A DNA stretch of 64,000 bases from contig JBAZTY010000001.1 in NCBI GenBank assembly GCA_041661685.1, forward strand, positions 64,691-128,690, given 5' to 3'. The notes beneath the pieces were generated by a model that saw nothing but the letters and a program-made list of their open reading frames with translations, was not told the DNA's origin and searched no databases. Within the stretch, counting starts at the first letter, position 1, and each line of letters opens with the position of its first letter. Position numbers and translations under genes: made by a program. The stretch comes from Patescibacteria group bacterium. Lineage in GTDB: Bacteria; Patescibacteriota; Patescibacteriia; Patescibacteriales; UBA12465. Below, in pieces: positions 46,317 to 54,745 of the stretch.

Positions 46317-46802
46317 TTGATTATGCCCGTGATAAATCGCCTTTATTTCAAATTCCGCTATTTCTTTTCCGGTCGTTATCCCCGTCTTTATGATTTTTGC
46401 AATCGCCATAAGTCAGTCATTAAGTTCTTTTTTTCTGGCTGTGTCGCTGGAGGCACGGATCTGATGCTTCTGTTCTTCTTTCACGGTCTCTTAAAATGGG
46501 GTTTAGTTTTTTCCACTAGCGCTGCCTTTATCCTCTCTTTCTTAATCAGCTTTACGCTCCAGAAATTTTGGACTTTCCGGAATTACCGGCATGACCAGGT
46601 TGTCGGCCAACTATTATTTTATATCCTGAACGCCTTTATCTGTTTGAATTTGAATGGTTTTTTCATGCATGTGCTCGTCAATAAATACAGAGTCTGGTAT
46701 CTTTTAGCTCAAATCATCGTCAATCTTTCTCTCGGTTTCTGGAGCTTTATAATTTATAAATTTTTAGTATTTAGAACAGATAAAAATGAAATTGCTTGTT
46801 AA
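46317..46802 (+). CDS. GtrA-family membrane protein
   Basis: 161 aa, 4 TM. FFFSGCVAGGTDL...QKFWTFR is typical of GtrA. Confidence 0.75.
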   Translation: MIMPVINRLYFKFRYFFSGRYPRLYDFCNRHKSVIKFFFSGCVAGGTDLMLLFFFHGLLKWGLVFSTSAAFILSFLISFTLQKFWTFRNYRHDQVVGQLLFYILNAFICLNLNGFFMHVLVNKYRVWYLLAQIIVNLSLGFWSFIIYKFLVFRTDKNEIAC

Positions 46803-47115
46803 TAAGAAACAATTAGGAGAGGCGCCTGCTATTTGGTTGCGCCATGCCGGCTATGTTTTTATACCCGAACGCGAAGACGGCCAAGAAAGTTTTGCTCGCC
46901 GCTTGAGCCGTGATTTTTATCCGCGCTTCCATGTCTATTTTACGGAAGCGAAAGACAATAGCGGTCAGGATATAGTCACTTTTAATCTGCATCTGGACCA
47001 GAAACGTCCTGGCTATCAAGGCTTCAGCCGTCATAATGCTGAATACGACGGGGAATTGGTCGAGAACGAACTAGCCCGCTTAAAGAGCTTAATATTGCCG
47101 GATTTATTTATATGA
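46786..47115 (+). CDS. Hypothetical protein, translationally coupled between gtrA-like and dnaG
   Basis: 109-aa ORF. Overlaps the upstream gene by 17 nt and dnaG by 4 nt (ATGA). Confidence 0.6.
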   Translation: MKLLVNKKQLGEAPAIWLRHAGYVFIPEREDGQESFARRLSRDFYPRFHVYFTEAKDNSGQDIVTFNLHLDQKRPGYQGFSRHNAEYDGELVENELARLKSLILPDLFI

Positions 47116-48941
47116 GCCAATCAGAGGAAATAAAATCAAAATTGGACATCGTGGAAGTTATCAGGGAGTATATTCCCGTTAAGGCGGTCGGCGCTAATTT
47201 TCAGGCGCTCTGTCCGTTCCATAACGAGAAGTCTCCGTCTTTTGTAATATCTCCGGAAAAGCAGATCTGGCATTGCTTCGGCTGCGGCCGCGGCGGCGAT
47301 GTTTTTGCCTTTGTTATGGAGAAAGAAGGCTTAGGTTTCATGGAAACTCTGCGCCTGCTGGCTCCGAAAGCGGGAGTCGTCCTGACCAATGAGAATCCCC
47401 AGGATTATTCTGAACGCAATCGCCTCTTGGATATTATGGAACTGGCTGGAAAATATTACGCGCATATCCTGACGACGCCGACCGGACAGGAGGCTCATGA
47501 ATATCTATTGAAACGCGGCTTGAACGATAAGAATATCGCCGAGTGGCAGTTGGGCTATAGCCTTGATTCTTGGAGTGGCTTGTATGATTTTTTGAGAGCC
47601 CGGCCTTTAACCGGAAAAAAATATACGGATGAAGAGATAGTTCTCGCCGGACTGGCTATTAAGAAAGAGGCGAGGGCCGGCAGCCGCGGTTTTTATGATC
47701 GTTTCCGCGATCGTATCATGTTTCCAATCTGGGACGTCAATAACAACCTGATCGCCTTCACGGCCCGCGTCAATCCGGCTAAAGAAGCGACCGAAAAGAT
47801 GGGTAAGTATATCAATAGCCCGCAGACTAAGATTTATGATAAGAGCCGCGTCCTATTCGCCCTAAATAAGGCCAAGAGCGCCATCAGGCAGGAAGACCTA
47901 GCTATCGTCGTCGAAGGCCAAATGGACGCCATTTCTTGCCATAATCATGGCTTTAAGAACGTGGTCGCGTCATCAGGCACGGCGTTGACGACTGAACAGG
48001 TTTCGCTCATCAAGAGATTCACTAGTAACGTCGCTTTGCTCTTTGATATGGATGCCGCTGGGCAGATGGCCGCCGACAGAGGGATAAAGGAAGTGCTCGC
48101 GCAAGAAATGAATTTGAAGATAATCGTGCTCAGTTCAGGCAAAGATCCTGATGAATGCTTAAAGAATAATCCGGAAGAATTTAAGACGGCGGTCGCGAGC
48201 GCCAAACCGATGCTGGAATATTATTTCAAGAAAGTCAGCGCCGGGCTGGATCTCGGCCAGTTGGATAATAAGCGCGAGGTGAGCGCGAAGATGTTCGCGA
48301 TGATCGACCTTGTCGTTAATCGGATGGAGCAGGGATATTGGCTCAAGCGGCTGAGCGAAGAACTGGGATTCTCTGAAACTGATACTCGCGAGGAGTTCGT
48401 GAAGTGGCAGTCTAAGCATGGCGTATTAAAGACAGAGAGCTCTAGAAATATAAAAAACATTGAAAATAAGCCAAAAAATGAACAGATGACCCCAGAGTTA
48501 AGCCGAGAAGATAAATTAGCCGAGCTCTTAATGTCCTTATTAGTGAAATTTCCGGAATTCATTTCTTATAGCGTCAGCAATCTTGATCCGAGTATTTTGA
48601 TTGACGGTCCTTTGGCTAAGTTTTACAGAAATCTGATTATCTATTATAATAAATCTACCTCTTTGAGCTATGAAGGCTTCCGCGCCTATTTGACGGAAGA
48701 CGGCGGCGAATCAGAAAAAACTCTGGATAAGCTCGTGCTTTTGGGAGAGAAAGATTTTTATGACTATAACGCTGATTCTGTCAAAGCCGAGATAATCAAG
48801 ATTATCGCCGAACTTAAGAAATATAGCCGCCAGCGCCAAGTTCAAGCCCTGCAGCATGAAATCGCTAGCGCGGAAAAAGCCGGCGATAAGGAGCGGCTCA
48901 ATGTTCTGATGGATGAGTTGAGGCAAGCGACTATTTCATAA
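47112..48941 (+). CDS. dnaG: DNA primase
   Basis: Zn-ribbon CPFHNEKSPSF...CFGCG, TOPRIM EGQMDAIS. 609 aa. Confidence 0.94.
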   Translation: MSQSEEIKSKLDIVEVIREYIPVKAVGANFQALCPFHNEKSPSFVISPEKQIWHCFGCGRGGDVFAFVMEKEGLGFMETLRLLAPKAGVVLTNENPQDYSERNRLLDIMELAGKYYAHILTTPTGQEAHEYLLKRGLNDKNIAEWQLGYSLDSWSGLYDFLRARPLTGKKYTDEEIVLAGLAIKKEARAGSRGFYDRFRDRIMFPIWDVNNNLIAFTARVNPAKEATEKMGKYINSPQTKIYDKSRVLFALNKAKSAIRQEDLAIVVEGQMDAISCHNHGFKNVVASSGTALTTEQVSLIKRFTSNVALLFDMDAAGQMAADRGIKEVLAQEMNLKIIVLSSGKDPDECLKNNPEEFKTAVASAKPMLEYYFKKVSAGLDLGQLDNKREVSAKMFAMIDLVVNRMEQGYWLKRLSEELGFSETDTREEFVKWQSKHGVLKTESSRNIKNIENKPKNEQMTPELSREDKLAELLMSLLVKFPEFISYSVSNLDPSILIDGPLAKFYRNLIIYYNKSTSLSYEGFRAYLTEDGGESEKTLDKLVLLGEKDFYDYNADSVKAEIIKIIAELKKYSRQRQVQALQHEIASAEKAGDKERLNVLMDELRQATIS

Positions 48942-48957
48942 ATAATTATTTCGTCAT

Positions 48958-50250
48958 ATGGTTAAAAATACTAAAGTGAAAAATAAGAAACCGGCCCATA
49001 AGCTGGCGTCGAAGCCGAAAGTTAAATCAGCTGCCAAGGCTAAGTCGAAAAAGAGGGCTGATAGTTTGCCGAAGAAGGCGAAGAAGAATTTTTCCAGTCA
49101 CGGCTTGAAAGGCGTTAAAGTAACGCCGGCTAGAGAGGCTAAGCCAGTTGTTAAGCCGACCGAAGAACAGCTGAAGAAGCTGATTGAGAAGGGGCGTCTG
49201 CGCGGCTTTATCACTGAAACTGAATTATTATATCTTTTCCCGGAAGTGGAAGAGTATGTTTATGAATATGATGTTTTCTTGGGAGAATTGCAGAAGAGCG
49301 GCGTCAGGATTATGGAAGATTCCGGCCGCATTCTAGACACGGCCGAGAGAAAAGCGGCCGAGCCGCCTTTGACCGGGAAGGCTTTAGCGCACCAGAACGC
49401 CCTGAACGTTGATTTGTCGAAATTAAGCGCTGATTCTATCCAGATGTATCTGAAAGAAATCGGCAAAGTGCCGCTCTTGAGCGGCGATGAAGAAGTCGAA
49501 CTCGCTAAACGCAAGGAAAAGGGCGATAAGGAAGCGGAGAAGAGGATTATCGAAGCGAATCTGCGCTTAGTCGTTTCTATCGCTAAGAAGTTCGCCGGAG
49601 CGAAGGGTATGAGCTTATTGGATTTGATTCAAGAAGGGAATATCGGCTTATTCCGCGCGGTCGAAAAATTTGAATATCGCAAAGGCTATAAGTTTTCTAC
49701 ATACGCGACTTGGTGGATACGTCAAGCGATTACGCGCGCGCTCGCTGACCAGTCTAGAACTATCCGCATCCCGGTTCATATGGTCGAAACTATCAATAAG
49801 TTTCAGCAGGTCCAGCGTAATCTTATCCAGGAATTGGGCCGCGAGCCTTTAGCTGACGAAATTGCTTCAGAGATGGGGGAAGATATCGATAAGGTCAGAT
49901 ATATCATGAAGATTTCTCAAGATACTATATCTCTTGAGACGACAATCGGTGATGATGACGAAGATTCGACTTTGGAAGATTTCATCGAAGATGTGAAGAA
50001 CGTCACCCCGGATCGCGCCGCCGCTTTGCAGCTCCTGAAAGATTACGTGAAGAATATCGTCGCTCAACTCTCGCCGCGCGAACAGAAGATTCTCGAAATG
50101 CGCTTTGGGCTGGTCGACGGCGTCGCTCATACCTTGGAAGAAGTCGGACAGGAATTTGAAGTTACGCGCGAGCGCATTCGCCAGATTGAGTCCAAGTCCC
50201 TGGAAAAGATCCGGAAGTTTAAGGGTTTGGAAAAGTTGAGGGATTATTAA
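48958..50250 (+). CDS. rpoD: Primary RNA polymerase sigma factor (sigma-70 family) with Lys-rich N-terminus
   Basis: Regions 1.2 to 4 are present: [58 protein letters not shown]. Confidence 0.94.
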   Translation: MVKNTKVKNKKPAHKLASKPKVKSAAKAKSKKRADSLPKKAKKNFSSHGLKGVKVTPAREAKPVVKPTEEQLKKLIEKGRLRGFITETELLYLFPEVEEYVYEYDVFLGELQKSGVRIMEDSGRILDTAERKAAEPPLTGKALAHQNALNVDLSKLSADSIQMYLKEIGKVPLLSGDEEVELAKRKEKGDKEAEKRIIEANLRLVVSIAKKFAGAKGMSLLDLIQEGNIGLFRAVEKFEYRKGYKFSTYATWWIRQAITRALADQSRTIRIPVHMVETINKFQQVQRNLIQELGREPLADEIASEMGEDIDKVRYIMKISQDTISLETTIGDDDEDSTLEDFIEDVKNVTPDRAAALQLLKDYVKNIVAQLSPREQKILEMRFGLVDGVAHTLEEVGQEFEVTRERIRQIESKSLEKIRKFKGLEKLRDY

Positions 50251-50291
50251 AAAAAAGATATAATGTTAATATAATCATTAAAAATTATTTT

Positions 50292-51140
50292 ATGAAAAAA
50301 ATAATTATTTCTTTCCTAGGTTTGTCTTTATTATTTATCGCCGGCTGCAGCCGTCCCTCTGTCTTGGAAACCCAAGCTCCAGCCGCCTCGGACCAGCCGT
50401 CTCAGGAGAACGCCTCTCAAGCCCCGATTCCAGCGAAGGGCGCGGCCGCAAAAGCGGCCTTGAATGAGATTTATGGCCAGATTACGCAAGAATATAAGAT
50501 AGAAGGGAAGATCGGCCTACTGGACGAGAGAGCGGTTTTACGCGCGACGCCAGAACTTAAGACTAGAAGCTGGTGGATGACAGGAAAAAATTACAATATC
50601 ATGGTGCAGAATGACCTGGGATTTTTAGATATAAATTACGATTCTCCTAAAGATTTAGCGGATATAGCGGAAAATATTTTTGTGAGCAAGGGCTTTAAGC
50701 TTAATAAAACCAATTCCTCGGTATCTAAGGCGGATAATTCGCTGACGTATAATCCTGGAAATGACCCCGGCGGCTATATCAGGGCATATATTTTGGAAAA
50801 TGAAGAATTTTGTGTGATTACAGCCTCCGAGAATAGCTCCCCTAAGAATTTCAAAATCGGCTGCTTTAGTCTCGAAAGCCTGAATCAGGCTAGTTCGACT
50901 CAAGTGCCGTTTTTAGCAGGCCTAGAGACAGATAACCAGAAAGTAGTCGTCACTCCGATAATTTTAGGGAAGCAAGCCGCTAAGCTGAATATAGCTTATC
51001 GGATCGCCAGCAGTTCTGTTATCATGAAGAAAACCGGTAATGGCTGGAAAGAGGTATATAGAGGCGAGACGGATCCAGCTTGCAGCTTAATGACAAAGCT
51101 TGAGATTCCGAGCGAGATTTATAAGAATTGTGTTGAATAA
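50292..51140 (+). CDS. Putative lipoprotein, function unknown
   Basis: Signal peptide with lipobox LLFIAGC. 282 aa. Confidence 0.7.
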   Translation: MKKIIISFLGLSLLFIAGCSRPSVLETQAPAASDQPSQENASQAPIPAKGAAAKAALNEIYGQITQEYKIEGKIGLLDERAVLRATPELKTRSWWMTGKNYNIMVQNDLGFLDINYDSPKDLADIAENIFVSKGFKLNKTNSSVSKADNSLTYNPGNDPGGYIRAYILENEEFCVITASENSSPKNFKIGCFSLESLNQASSTQVPFLAGLETDNQKVVVTPIILGKQAAKLNIAYRIASSSVIMKKTGNGWKEVYRGETDPACSLMTKLEIPSEIYKNCVE

Positions 51141-51170
51141 ATAATAAGTTTTGATTTTATTTCCTGATAT

Positions 51171-51203
51171 AAAAATAACGCTAATATTAGCGTTATTTTT
51201 TTT
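51171..51203 (+). terminator. Intrinsic terminator after the lipoprotein gene
   Basis: ATAACGCTAATATTAGCGTTAT palindrome flanked by A-run and T-run. Confidence 0.7.
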
Positions 51204-51260
51204 GGTTACACAGATTACATATTTATTGAACTTGGTTAATTGTTGTTTATAAAAATGCTG

Positions 51261-51289
51261 TATTGACAATATTTTAAAAATGTGATACT
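51261..51289 (+). promoter_or_regulatory. Candidate promoter for the 51336 ORF
   Basis: TTGACA, 17 nt ending in TGa, TACTAT. Confidence 0.5.
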
Positions 51290-51335
51290 ATTATACCTAG
51301 CAATAGTCCTTTAAAAACAACCAAAACTAAATAAT

Positions 51336-51770
51336 ATGAAAAAGATTTATTTCATTAAGGAGCCTATGGGGAGATATTTTATTTCTCCTAGCGCCCATCA
51401 TTGCAACATAGATGGAGCCGATTGTTCTACCTGTTTGTTTCTGAAAAGCTGCGCCAATGCTTGGACAAGCAGCCCATTAATTAATAGCGTTAGATACACA
51501 AAGGAGGATGCTGAAAAAGCCATTCAAGAAAATACGTATCTTTTAAATTGTATCGTGGAGGTCGTGCCGGAAACTTTTTCTGATAAGGCTTTTGAAATTT
51601 TTGCCAGAATTGTAAAAATATTGATGTTTTGGCAGAGAGGCAAGACTTGCAGTTACTGCGGCAGCAAGCGCCTGTGGACACACAGGCGGTATGCTAATGA
51701 AGGGGGGCTGTCCTCCATTAAAGCTACGTGTGCCCGGTGTCATAAAGACGCCTGGTCTTGGAGAAGTTGA
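51336..51770 (+). CDS. Hypothetical Cys-rich protein (possible zinc ribbon)
   Basis: 144 aa. CSYCG...CARCH pair near the C-terminus plus further Cys. AT-rich. Confidence 0.6.
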   Translation: MKKIYFIKEPMGRYFISPSAHHCNIDGADCSTCLFLKSCANAWTSSPLINSVRYTKEDAEKAIQENTYLLNCIVEVVPETFSDKAFEIFARIVKILMFWQRGKTCSYCGSKRLWTHRRYANEGGLSSIKATCARCHKDAWSWRS

Positions 51771-51792
51771 TTTCTTGGAGAAGTTGATTATT

Positions 51793-51821
51793 AAAAAACG
51801 AGCCTAAAACTCGTTTTTTTT
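51793..51821 (+). terminator. Intrinsic terminator abutting the distal tRNA-derived repeat
   Basis: AAACGAG CCTAAA CTCGTTT followed by TTTTTT. The T-run ends at the first base of the 20-nt repeat. Confidence 0.65.
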
Positions 51822-51841
51822 CTTGCTCCCGGGGTCGGATT
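51822..51841. repeat. 20-nt direct repeat identical to the tRNA-Asn 3' end (distal, att-like copy)
   Basis: CTTGCTCCCGGGGTCGGATT is identical to 53382-53401. The flanking sequence (GGGGTAAATCC on the minus strand) looks like a decayed T-loop. Confidence 0.85.
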
Positions 51842-51903
51842 TACCCCTGCGCTTCGCTCCGAGGTTGATAAAGTTGGAACAAATTTAAGTAATATTTAAT
51901 CAA

Positions 51904-52362
51904 TTAAAACTTAATGAAATTAGCTATAATTAAAACAAATCCTGCCCCTAAAAGACAGCCTGCCATTTTTCCGACTGCTGATTTCAGCATAGTTCTTTCT
52001 TCTTTGATAAATTGTGAACGTAATTTTTCCGCCATCTGACCCTCAAATATACCGGCGATACCATCTGTTACAGCATTACCAACTACTCCCCCGAGAATTG
52101 CCCCTGCCACTCCCGCAAAATGTCCGCCAAATATAGCCAAGACGGCGAGAATCCCATTATCAATAATGCCGAAAAAAATATCTGGTAATGTAGATTTTAA
52201 TTTTATTTTAAAAGGTAAAAGAGAAACAAGACAAAGAAGTGCTAAAATAATCAACACTAAGCCCATCCATCTGGCGTTTTCAATAAAAAATATACTTACT
52301 GCCGTTATAATAATGCAAAGGGTCAAAATGTTTAATACTGATAAGATAAACTTTTGGCGCAT
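51904..52362 (-). CDS. Hypothetical small membrane protein with Gly-zipper segment
   Basis: 152 aa, 4 predicted TM. GGHFAGVAGAILGGVVGNAVTDGIAGI. AT-rich. Confidence 0.65.
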   Translation of the reverse strand: MRQKFILSVLNILTLCIIITAVSIFFIENARWMGLVLIILALLCLVSLLPFKIKLKSTLPDIFFGIIDNGILAVLAIFGGHFAGVAGAILGGVVGNAVTDGIAGIFEGQMAEKLRSQFIKEERTMLKSAVGKMAGCLLGAGFVLIIANFIKF

Positions 52363-52455
52363 AATATTTTTATCTTAATTTTTTAACTTTAATAATTTTT
52401 TCCATATTATTCTAATCTTAGCATCACTCGCTCTAAATTTCAATAATCCCTACTA

Positions 52456-52482
52456 AAAATAGCCCCTAAATAGGGCTATTTT
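52456..52482. terminator. Symmetric hairpin between the two islet genes
   Basis: AAAATAGCCC CTAAATA GGGCTATTTT (10 bp), with A-run and T-run on both sides. Confidence 0.45.
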
Positions 52483-52597
52483 ATGGATCGGGGTGATTGA
52501 GGGAGCCCGGACCTATTTTATGGCTGGCGGGAATGGAATTGATATTCCGAGATAGGGTAAATAAAATTGATGAGGGGCTGATGAAGTAATTAAGGGT

Positions 52598-52630
52598 AAA
52601 AATAAAAAAGGAAGTTTTTAAGGCTTCCTT
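52598..52630 (-). terminator. Intrinsic terminator of the 52644-53252 ORF (minus strand)
   Basis: The minus strand reads AAGGAAG CCTTAAAAA CTTCCTT followed by TTTTTATTTTT. Confidence 0.55.
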
Positions 52631-52643
52631 CATTTGTGTTTGG

Positions 52644-53252
52644 TTACGCGTTTTTTATTTCCTCTTGACGAGGGAAATAATTAGCCAATTTCATAAATTC
52701 TTCTTCGGTTATTTCAGTGTATTCCGGGTTGTCCCACAAAGAACATCCTTTCTCTCCAAACATGATCCATCCGTTTTTTATAAGACAGCAATCAGCTTCC
52801 TGGGGAGAAGGTTCGTTGCATAGGCCCAACGAATGCGCGTGTCCGATGATTTGGTTTTTTGGAACTGTCCCCCTTTTAAATTTTAAAAGATAAGCAGGGA
52901 AGAAGAATGAATTACACGGTGAGTCGTTAATAGTTTCTGTAAGATTTCGTGAGTAATATTCGCCCCCATCGGTAAATTTTTTTTCTAACGCCAAGTATAC
53001 TTCTGGCTGATCATTATTTTCCCATTTCCTGCAGTCAATGAATAAGAAGTTGTCATCTGTCATTTTTGGCAAAAGTTGCTTGGGGATAGCTATAGCGCTA
53101 TGACTACTAACCATTGTCCCTTTTTCCCACACTTTATTTCCTGCAAGCTCTACCGTAATTTTTCGATTATAAGGCGTGCTGATCGTTTCTTTGGTGGTTA
53201 TTATGCATTCATAATAGCCTTGTCTAAGAAAAAAAAGGTTGATTTGTGCCAT
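52644..53252 (-). CDS. Hypothetical protein
   Basis: 202-aa ORF. No recognisable motif. Several Cys/His (HAHSLGLCNE, CCLIKNG, KGCSLW). AT-rich. Confidence 0.65.
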   Translation of the reverse strand: MAQINLFFLRQGYYECIITTKETISTPYNRKITVELAGNKVWEKGTMVSSHSAIAIPKQLLPKMTDDNFLFIDCRKWENNDQPEVYLALEKKFTDGGEYYSRNLTETINDSPCNSFFFPAYLLKFKRGTVPKNQIIGHAHSLGLCNEPSPQEADCCLIKNGWIMFGEKGCSLWDNPEYTEITEEEFMKLANYFPRQEEIKNA

Positions 53253-53381
53253 TTCGTTTTCCTCCGATTTTTATGATTAATTGAAATTTTTAAAGTACAT
53301 TTGTAACTAATAACAATATCATAACAATAGATAATTGTCAATGTAATAACAAAAAATAGACTTAAAAAAGCCTATTTTATG

Positions 53382-53401
53382 CTTGCTCCCGGGGTCGGAT
53401 T
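53382..53401. repeat. 20-nt direct repeat (tRNA-proximal copy: T-loop through discriminator plus 4 nt)
   Basis: CTTGCTCCCGGGGTCGGATT is identical to 51822-51841. Confidence 0.85.
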
Positions 53402-53695
53402 CGAACCGACGACCAATTGGTTACACTTATCCACTAATTTCTTAATGGGGTGGACTATATCATCATCCGCCAAAACGGATGCGAGGCGCTTCCTGCTCTA
53501 GAATAGAGAAGTACTCCCTTTCGGGATAGTCTCTGAACCTTGCCTGAACTTCAGGCCTTGGCTGCTGATTACCTTATCCTTACGGATTTAGGCTTCCAGC
53601 AATTCACCTCGTTATTCGACCTCAATTACTTGAGGAAGCTGCGTTTAGAACTAACGTGTTCACAGCCAACTGCGCTACCGCTGCGCTACCCGGGA
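53386..53695 (-). tRNA. tRNA-Asn(GUU) interrupted in the anticodon loop by a group I intron
   Basis: Minus-strand exons are TCCCGGG TA GCGC AGCGGTA GCGC A GTTGG CTGT (53695-53662) and TAA CCAAT TGGTC GTCGG TTCGAAT CCGAC CCCGGGA G (53423-53386). Joined, they form a 72-nt cloverleaf with loop CUGUUAA, U1-A72 and G73 as in E. coli tRNA-Asn. CCA is not encoded. Confidence 0.8.
53424..53661 (-). ncRNA. Group I intron (238 nt, no ORF) within tRNA-Asn
   Basis: Conserved core strings GTTCAGAGACTA (53538-53527) and GATATAGTCC (53461-53452), with GACTAT/ATAGTC pairing (P7). GNRA hairpins CCTCAA-GTAA-TTGAGG, ATCC-GTAA-GGAT and TCCC-GAAA-GGGA. Guide sequence GCAGCU pairs with exon GGCUGU with a U-G wobble at the 5' splice site. 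The last intron base is G. Confidence 0.8.
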
Positions 53696-53830
53696 ATATT
53701 AAATTGTCCTTCAAAAAACAAAAATGCTTTAAAACATTTTATGTCTTTATTCTAGCAAATACCCGACTTATGTCAATATTAGCGTTTTCAGGCTTATTTT
53801 GGTAAAATAATAATAATTAACGAAAAAATT

Positions 53831-54256
53831 ATGGGGGTATCGAAAGATCATATAAGGGGCTTATCTATTGCTATTATTAAGAATAATGGCCGGATTCTGG
53901 TATCCCCGGGTCACGATAAGATCAAGGACGAACGATTTTTCCGTTTAATTGGCGGCGGCATCGAGTTTGGTGAGAATTCATTAGAAGCCCTGAAAAGGGA
54001 GATGAAAGAGGAGTTGAATACGGAATTGATTAATTATAAGCTAGTCGCTACCTTAGAGAATATTTTTACTTTCAACGGCGAACCGGGGCATGAAATCTGT
54101 TTTATTTACGAAGCTGATTTTAAGGATCCCGCTAATTATAAAATAGAAGAATTTATGATTCTGGATAACAAAGAAGGGGGCAGAGCTATTTGGCTGGATA
54201 TTGATGGGACGAAAGATAAAAATATTTTTCCCGATGGCGTCGCAAATTTTTTATAA
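53831..54256 (+). CDS. NUDIX hydrolase
   Basis: Nudix box GGGIEFGENSLEALKREMKEELN. Confidence 0.85.
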   Translation: MGVSKDHIRGLSIAIIKNNGRILVSPGHDKIKDERFFRLIGGGIEFGENSLEALKREMKEELNTELINYKLVATLENIFTFNGEPGHEICFIYEADFKDPANYKIEEFMILDNKEGGRAIWLDIDGTKDKNIFPDGVANFL

Positions 54257-54265
54257 TTAAAATAT

Positions 54266-54745
54266 ATGAAAAATAATAATCTCATCAAGCTCATCGCCGC
54301 TATTCTAATCGCCGAGTCAGCGGGAATCATCGGCTCTTTGTTTACCAGACCATCCACTCCGAATTGGTACGCGACCCTAGCTAGGCCCTCTTTTAATCCG
54401 CCGTCCTGGATCTTCGCCCCGGTCTGGACCGCGCTTTTCCTGCTCATGGGCATCGCTGCTTTTCTAGTTTGGAAAAGAGGCTGGGAAAAGAGGGAAGTCA
54501 AGATAGCCTTGGGAATATTCGGCGGCCAACTAATCTTAAATATCCTCTGGTCCGCCCTCTTCTTCGGCCTGCATAGCCCGCTCGCCGCCTTTGTCGAGAT
54601 CATCATCCTCTGGCTCGCTATCCTTTGGACTATCCTAGCCTTTAGAAAAATATCGAAAACCGCGGCTTGGCTCTTAGTTCCGTATATCCTTTGGGTCAGC
54701 TTCGCCGCCGTCCTTAACTTTTTATTAATGCTATTAAATATCTGA
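54266..54745 (+). CDS. tspO: TspO/MBR family tryptophan-rich membrane protein
   Basis: 159 aa, 5 TM. PSWIFAPVWTALFLLMG and LWSALFFG are typical of TspO. Confidence 0.85.
   Translation: MKNNNLIKLIAAILIAESAGIIGSLFTRPSTPNWYATLARPSFNPPSWIFAPVWTALFLLMGIAAFLVWKRGWEKREVKIALGIFGGQLILNILWSALFFGLHSPLAAFVEIIILWLAILWTILAFRKISKTAAWLLVPYILWVSFAAVLNFLLMLLNI

Noticed and set aside
51842-51900. Possible second tRNA next to the distal 20-nt repeat
   Set aside because: The minus-strand sequence CAGGGGTAAATCCGACCCCGGGAGCA cannot form a T-stem, because CCGAC has no GTCGG partner. No D-arm or anticodon arm follows. It is treated as a decayed tRNA fragment or att remnant.
52490-52530. GAGGGAGCCCGG segment in the islet spacer as another tRNA-derived att fragment
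   Set aside because: It shares only GGGAGC with the tRNA 3' end. Neither orientation aligns over more than 6 nt.
51842-53381. Integrase or recombinase expected in a tRNA-flanked island
   Set aside because: Neither islet ORF shows tyrosine-recombinase (R..HxxR..Y) or serine-recombinase motifs. The islet is therefore reported as integrase-less rather than as an annotated mobile element.
53386-53695. Alternative readings of the split tRNA as tRNA-His(GUG) or tRNA-Thr(UGU/GGU)
   Set aside because: The 5' exon alone shows CTGTGAA (His). That reading would leave no anticodon-stem 3' strand, and there is no G-1. A Thr(UGU) junction (CT|...G|TGTAA) would put an A-U pair at the splice site instead of the conserved U-G wobble. 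U1-A72 with G73 also fits Asn rather than Thr. Only the Asn junction satisfies U-G in P1, a terminal intron G and a 7-nt loop with U33.
53540-53755. 71-aa + strand ORF from the track
   Set aside because: It lies entirely antisense to the tRNA-Asn 5' exon and the group I intron. The region is explained by the RNA gene, and the ORF has no RBS or start context like other genes.
54136-54606. 156-aa minus-strand ORF
   Set aside because: It spans the NUDIX 3' end and the tspO 5' half in antisense. Both + strand genes carry clear family motifs.
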